A DNA stretch of 55,222 nt, filler included, from Sphacelaria rigidula (Eukaryota): the NCBI GenBank assembly GCA_964200075.2. It is 6 parts of 6 records of this genome, joined end to end, with 100 filler letters (N's around TTAATTAATTAA, not from the genome) between each part and the next. Parts side by side here need not be neighbours in the genome. Positions count along the whole stretch, not along the records: positions 46,104 to 55,222 come from CAXNAA020009256.1; 5 more parts are not named here. One strand, given 5' to 3'. Shown here in pieces: positions 49,102 to 55,222 of the stretch; position 1 is the first letter of the stretch, and each line of letters starts with the position of its first letter. A program made the position numbers and the translations under genes. The notes beneath the pieces were generated by a model. That model made no database searches. It worked only from the letters and a program-made list of their open reading frames with translations, and was not told the origin of the DNA.

Positions 49102-49384
49102 CTTTATCATGAGCACAAGTTTTGGAAATAATAGGTTGGCAAGGGGGCGCAAGTAACGCGTAAGATCCAGGTAAGCCCCCCCCCTCCACCTACTACGTGG
49201 TGTTTACATGGCGAGACTTCCATAAGGCACGGTATAAGCCGTGGCTGTCTCTGAAGTGGCGATACCAGATAATGGAGCAACTCATTGGAGGCTATCATCC
49301 ACATGCAAGATATTTAGTACGCGTCGGGCCGAACAATCTTAGCAGGATGCAACTCACCCTTCATGCGACTCGCCGAACACACTA

Positions 49385-49939
49385 TAGTAGTGGGCGGTCT
49401 AACAATTCATTTCATCACATTTTGTGATTTTTTTCGTAACAGAGGATTTTCTCGGACTCTTTTCGCTTGCCACCGCTTGTCACATCGGGGATCTGGAGAT
49501 ATATGTTTATCCGCTTCACCTTCCAAGAATAAAAAAACATATGTACTCAATATTGAATGACTTACGGGCTGACCGGTCATCAGGGGTCCTGCCACGTTTC
49601 AGCCCAGATTCCTACTCTTCTGTATTTTCGGTCGATTGAGCCTGTCCCGATCATATTTGTGAAGAAATGTACAGTTTTATTTTTCAGAAATTCTTCCTAC
49701 TCATTGCACTAGGGCCGAAAAACTGTGTTTCACGGTCAATAACACCCTCCTGATAAACGGGCTTTTCACTTGGTTCGCCCGATAACACCAACTGGCTCTG
49801 ACATGGGCACGGTGTTTCGAGAATGATCTGTTCATTTTACCAAAATCCACCGACGCTAGCAATTTCGAGTTCTATCGAAGAGTAGTGTACGCGAGGAAAT
49901 GCCCAAAACACCCCTAAATAGTGAGACCGCCCACTACTG
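49385..49939. mobile_element. Tc1/mariner-like MITE (TA TSD) nested in the high-copy repeat within the last RRM2 intron
   Basis: TA|tagtagtgggcggtctaac ... gtgagaccgcccactactg|TA; flanks rejoin to ccgaacacac(ta)cggcgc, as in the uninterrupted copy at ~46350. Confidence 0.82.
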
Positions 49940-50882
49940 TACGGCGCTTTGCGCTTGATGATCGCTTGCGAGCCTGGTCCGGCGAAAACCCGGCATGGTC
50001 CGTCCCGGCTTTGTAGGGATGCGAGGTCAATGGTCTTATGACTATGGCAGGCAAGACAGTGAGTAACCCCCTCCACCCCTCTTTTCTCGCCACCCAAGCT
50101 GCTTCAGTAAAACGTTTCAGCGTTTGTTGTAAAACAAAACTAGAAGCACAGCGCCGCAAGAACGTGTAGCGCTTGGCACGAGCATCTAGTTGGTATACAA
50201 TCTGCATGTTACGGGACTAATAATCGACAAGGTTGTTCACATGGCCGGCTTTACCTGCGCCTCTTTTACGCTCTCGAACAGATTCAAGTATCATCTGGCA
50301 TTCACTGTTCCGGTCCGGTTGATATGTGGCTCTCCCAGACATGGCCGGTTGGAAGATGTCCAAGTAACGGCTGCCCTTCCACGTCAACAGTCTCTATGAT
50401 TCGGTGCTTCACCACATCATTGGTAGCCATCGCAGTCTGAAATTTCGCCAAAGATGTTCCCCGTCGGGCAGTACACTCGCTGCCGCCGTTCTCCGAACAG
50501 CTGTGGTAGTCGTATATGAGGGTGCCTAGGGTTGTTTTTTTGTTTTTTGAGTTGATCCCGAATTTGGTTGCCATACTTATCTCCTTGTGTCACCTGTCTT
50601 TCCCTGTTTTGTCTTTTATTATCTTCTTTCTTCCTTGGTTTCGGTGTACATTTTTGACAGATCTGGCGTTTGTCGTTTGTGTGTTTGTTTGTTCTTCTTC
50701 TTTTCTCTCCCCGTTGAATTCGGGGGAGCTACTTCTCACCGGTTTTCGTGGCGGCTCTCTTCTTATTTTTATTTTTGGAAATGTGTCTTGTAAGGAATAG
50801 AAGAAAACGGTATTGGAAAGGCGAGCCCATGTCTGTGACCACGGGTTCGTGAGATCGGACGAACATGCGGGAATAATGATGG

Positions 50883-50918
50883 GAAGAAGAAGAAGAAGAA
50901 GAAGAAGAAGAAGAAGAA
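50883..50918. repeat. (GAA)n microsatellite
   Basis: Perfect trinucleotide run in an intron. Confidence 0.9.
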
Positions 50919-51133
50919 TGTTCCCCCGTAGTATTGCTTGGGTTCTCAAGAGCCGAAATCTGTCAAGTGATCGTAATAATCGCGGTCACTATATGATGCC
51001 TCGTCACAGGCAGCAAAAAACAGGGGCGATATATGAAGGTCTTTGACGCAGGATCCGAAAAAGAAAGAAAGAATAATGACCGAAAACGCATAGAAATACA
51101 CGTGAGGTTTCTACATTCACAACAGCATCGCAC

Positions 51134-51232
51134 CTTTCCGTAGCCCAAGGCCACAAGTAGACGGTCGGCCACGAACTCGATGTACTGTGCCATTATTGTG
51201 GCGTTCATTCCTATGAGGCTGCAGGGGAGAGC
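51134..51232 (-). CDS. RRM2: Ribonucleotide reductase small subunit, exon
   Basis: gtcag|GCTCTC...GGAAAG|gtgcga; [33 protein letters not shown]. Confidence 0.95.
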
Positions 51233-52719
51233 CTGACGCGAGAAAAAACATCAAGACGTACCAAGAACAGCAGAGAACAACGCGGAGGAGAACAGCGTGG
51301 TTTACAAGGTTGTCTTGGGTGTTCTGTAGGGTATACCGTATGCCTGCTGAAATTGTTGATATGAGAGGGGATTTACAAAAGTATACGAGATGAATTTTAT
51401 CGGTAAACGGGGCTCGACACGCCTCCAGACCATACCGGAATGTTCGGTACACATTCCGATATGGATTAGTAAAATCCCCCGCTTCCGGGTATACCCTTAC
51501 AGAACACAACCTTGGTGGTTTCGACTGCACTGACAAGGTATTCCTCCGTCTGCCGAGCGCCCCGCCGCAACCTACTCTCCTATCAAGGAGGGCAGCAGCA
51601 GGCCCTGTTAAGGATCACGGGAGCGTCATGATCCATTTTCGCATTATATCCAGGAGGTGATACAGCGGGTATATATACTTTGAAATCCAAGTAAACAAGC
51701 CAGCGATTGCTCAAACCGCTGAGGCTGAGCTTTTCTCACGTGTTGAGAGGATGTTACAAGACTCGGAGGAAGCATGTACACTGCTTTCGAGAGGGTGGTG
51801 GGACTTAGCCGTGAGTCATGGCGATCGAAATTGTGTGGGCTGAGTTTTGGGCTTGTCTGGAGACTACGCCGCACCCGATAAAAAGAACGGGTGTAGAGAA
51901 GGAACAATTAATCCTTTCACGTGCGTTGATATTACTTCTGCAGCTGATGCAGCGCTCGCAGAGGCCTCCATACTCTCCTTTTTTTTGTCAATATCCACAA
52001 TACTTTCATGATCTTGAAAAACATCGGCGGCGGGGGAATTGGATGGGTAGTTCCAGCTCGAGATATATGCCATTTTCATTTGTAGACTTCAAGAAAATAC
52101 ACAGCACATCGTGGGTGACGGAGAATATCACTCCCGGGCAATAACAAACCTAATCCTGACTTTTCGTGGAACTGAAAAAGGTACGCCCTTCCGAAAGCTG
52201 TGTCGTTGGAAATGTCCAAATATCTCGTCAAGCTCTTTCGGAAAACGGGAACGTACACTCATGTGCGGCGTCATTTTTGTATAAAAAAGCCGGGCTGGGT
52301 CTCTGAACTGCTTTGGGAGATGAAACCTCCCGCGGTCCACGGTCGCCGAGGTCCCCCTCTGCGTCGGGTCAACAACACAGTCCGCAAGTACCCCGAGACA
52401 CACCAAGGCGACAAATTTTCACGGAAGTCGGACGTAACGTAAACAGTCATGTTTTTCGACCGTACACGCCTAGCGCAAAGCACCGGAACTGCAGTACCTA
52501 TCGTTGTTTTCAGTGCGTGCACTCGACCCCCTGAATGAGAAGGAGCAAAATTTGTATGTCCCGTGAGTGTAAACTCACTGCGACCTGTGTAATGTGGGTG
52601 TTGGATGCACCTCAGCTCTAGGTGGGGGAGGGAGGGGTTAACGTTGACACAACACTCAAGCAACATGTGCGCGCATAGACGAGAAAAAAACAAAAAACTA
52701 AAGCAAGGACGTCACTAAC

Positions 52720-52941
52720 CCCACAAATAAAACTCTTCTCAACGGCGACCGATTCGGTGATGATGGCGACCACTCTCTCTCGGCTGGGCTTTTGCTCCAG
52801 CGATCGAAACAACTGGCAAGCGAAGTCGCAGTGCAGGCCTTCGTCGCGGCTGATCATTTCGTTGCTGAAAGTGAGTCCTGGCATCATGCCGCGCTTCTTG
52901 AGCCAAAAGATGGAGCAAAAACTGCCCGAGAAGAAAATTCC
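52720..52941 (-). CDS. RRM2: Ribonucleotide reductase small subunit, exon with the di-iron ligand motif
   Basis: aacag|GGAATT...TGTGGG|gttagt; [42 protein letters not shown]... (DEGLH ExxH). Confidence 0.96.
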
Positions 52942-53732
52942 CTGTTGCGTAAGTAAAAAAAAGGAAGGGGGGGAGGGAGGCAAAAAAGTAGGCTGTGGAT
53001 AAGAAGAGTGCTGGCAGGACAACCAAGCATTTCAAGTGCAAAGTACATTACACCCGTAGTAAAAATCAATAATTTGGCGGTCAGAGATATGAACTCGAAG
53101 TTGAAAACAATTTTGTCAACCAAGGTGTTGGTTTTGAGCAGAGGTAACTTCAACGGAGTTGACTCCAACGGAGTGATCTGTGTCCATCCTGTACCTATAG
53201 TACTTCATTTCGTTACATGAATCCCCTTCCCCCCAACCTCTGTGCTCCGTCTCGAAAGGGATGCGTGGTCGATGGTCAAACGACCAAGGCAAACGACAAG
53301 TCGGTACCCCCCCCTCCCTCTCCCCCTAACCTTCCCCAGTGCAACAGCACGAATAGGAGAACAACCTGTCTATATCCAACCCCATTTTACTTTTTTATGC
53401 CCATTCGTTTTCTCTACAAGTGCTTTTGTTTGTCACAACATGCCAAATAGAGGCCATGAGCACACAGGGTACGCAATGATCACGTGTGGCATTCCACTGG
53501 CCTCGCCGCATGACTGCATGACTGTCAATATGAAGAAGAAAAAATCCGACCCAGGGATTTCAACAAAATGAAAAATCCTTCTGCGAGCTCGTTCATCACG
53601 GCTCGTGCCTTCTTCATCTTCAAGTTCAGGCTCCCAACTCGATTGGTCTTCTTGCAAGGGGGCTCATGGTGGATTATATTCCGACGGGTCGAAGCAGGAG
53701 CCAGTCAGTACCAAAACATTGTTTTTCCTCAC

Positions 53733-53806
53733 CTCAACTGCGGCGAAGGCTACCAGCCTCTCAGCAAACGTGGCTTCGCTTCCTATCCATCGCATCGCCC
53801 AGTCCG
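53733..53806 (-). CDS. RRM2: Ribonucleotide reductase small subunit, exon; upstream exons not seen in the window
   Basis: ttccag|CGGACTGG...GTTGAG|gtgagg; (A)DWAMRWIGSEATFAERLVAFAAVE. Confidence 0.93.
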
Positions 53807-55222
53807 CTGGAAGCGTCCAGAAAATATCACGGAAAAAAGGGGGAGGGCGGGGAACAAAAAAGCTTTCATTTCAACATGCCAGGTAGGTATTACCGTACAT
53901 CCATCCCTCAGCTGTACTTGGCTTTTAACGAGAGACCCACGGAAGTTTCTCACTCTGGATAATGACAGTACATGGTCAATAGATGCAATACACAAAATGT
54001 ACTGGGTCCAGGGTAGGCCTATTGCAACTAGGGTCGACCGACAATGGTGCAAGGGTCGAACGAATTGATGATTCGTCTGGAAACTACTCGATTTTAGTGT
54101 AAGCGATTCGTACCGTACGAATCAATCCTTAGGTCTTGTTGTCAGCGTCGCAACCCAGGTACGCACGCATAGCCCAGGCGAGTGGAATGGCGCGAAAATG
54201 GCGTAGACGCCTTCTCTTTTTCGAGCAATCAGGCCTAAGAAGTCGTGGATTTGGTGATTCGAATTGGCAATGATCCGTCCGAACCGTGCAATAATTGCAT
54301 TAGTATACTTGACCCAGTACATTTCTGGGCTGTTGTATTTATCGACGATAGTATCCAGAGTGTGGAAGCTTTACAGTCGGGTGATACGACACTGTGTGGT
54401 GGATTGCAAAATATAGAAAAGTACATATCCTCACGCACGCCATGAGCACAATCTCTTCTACAGTTTTGCATCACTATACTCACATGTGTTCGAAACTAGC
54501 AAAAGTCGATATATATATACACACACATTTCTACTTGGCCAGAGAACACAAGAAAAGTGACTGAAGAAGAACAAATATATATGAGCAGCGTGTAGCAAAG
54601 AAGACGAATGGAACGCGGCGAGAAATGATGCTTCCACTCATTCACCCTTTCGTTTGACGCAGGGGATGTTGTTGTGGGCGTTGAAGAGGTTATCTCGCTC
54701 CTCGCGGTCCTTGATGTACGTGTCCAAGAGAAGGGCGTACCTGCAGCAACGAACGACATGAAGCAAGGCGTGAACTACGAGGCATCTACAGCAAAGACAT
54801 CACCATGCGTGTGGCGGCCGATTCCGGCCAAACTAGACCAGACCAAACCAGTAAAAGATCAAACACAACACAACACAAGCATCGCTCGTGTTTTTCTTCA
54901 AGGTTTAGTCTCAACCCCTCCCCTTCGGTGGTCAATGGTCAAACGACTGAGGCAAGCAACAAATGAGTACGCCCCCCCCCCCTCCCCCCCCTCTTCGGGA
55001 CGAGTCCGTGGGCTCGAGGGAGCACCACCATCTTTGCCCAGTACGGTGCACGTCCTACATTTTGGTAGCGATGATTGGATCATGACCATCATCACTCTCG
55101 AAGTGCGCTGACTCTTGTCGAACAAAGTTAGTCCAACAAAGTTATTTTACTACTCGCGCTCTGGCCACCATCCATCTCCTAATGTAGCCATCGTTTTCTC
55201 CCTACTGTCTAATGCATCAAAC

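Noticed and set aside
51800..52410. Possible decayed transposase fragment in an RRM2 intron
   Set aside because: Reading frames are broken, no diagnostic motif is recognisable, and the putative TIRs near 51520/52530 are too weak.
48934..53806. Viral (endogenous NCLDV) origin of the ribonucleotide reductase gene
   Set aside because: It has canonical long introns, a typical eukaryotic C-terminal tail and no neighbouring viral genes.

Overview
This is eukaryotic, intron-rich, repeat-rich DNA. The exon/intron style and repeat content suggest a brown alga or related stramenopile; this is inference, not a database match. The window is not one locus. It consists of six size-sorted contigs (9121, 9121, 9121, 9120, 9120, 9119 bp) joined by an artificial 100-bp N44-TTAATTAATTAA-N44 linker. 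Recognisable genes are all partial and spliced: an RBM34/Nop12-like RRM protein (5' part, minus), CEP104 (first three exons, minus), the ribonucleotide reductase small subunit (last four exons, minus), the C-terminus of an NAD(P)-binding atypical-SDR-like protein (plus), a RING-finger exon, a probable PH-domain exon and some orphan exons. The rest is a dense set of non-autonomous DNA transposons (TA, TNA, 2-bp and 8-bp target-site duplications), tRNA-headed repeats, nested insertions and tandem repeats. The most notable structures are three long non-coding fold-back hairpins that lack obvious transposon ends (candidate miRNA/siRNA loci) and an 8-bp-TSD element carrying two higher-order arrays of a 41-bp palindromic unit. 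I found no CRISPR/Cas, Fanzor, intact transposase or viral gene.
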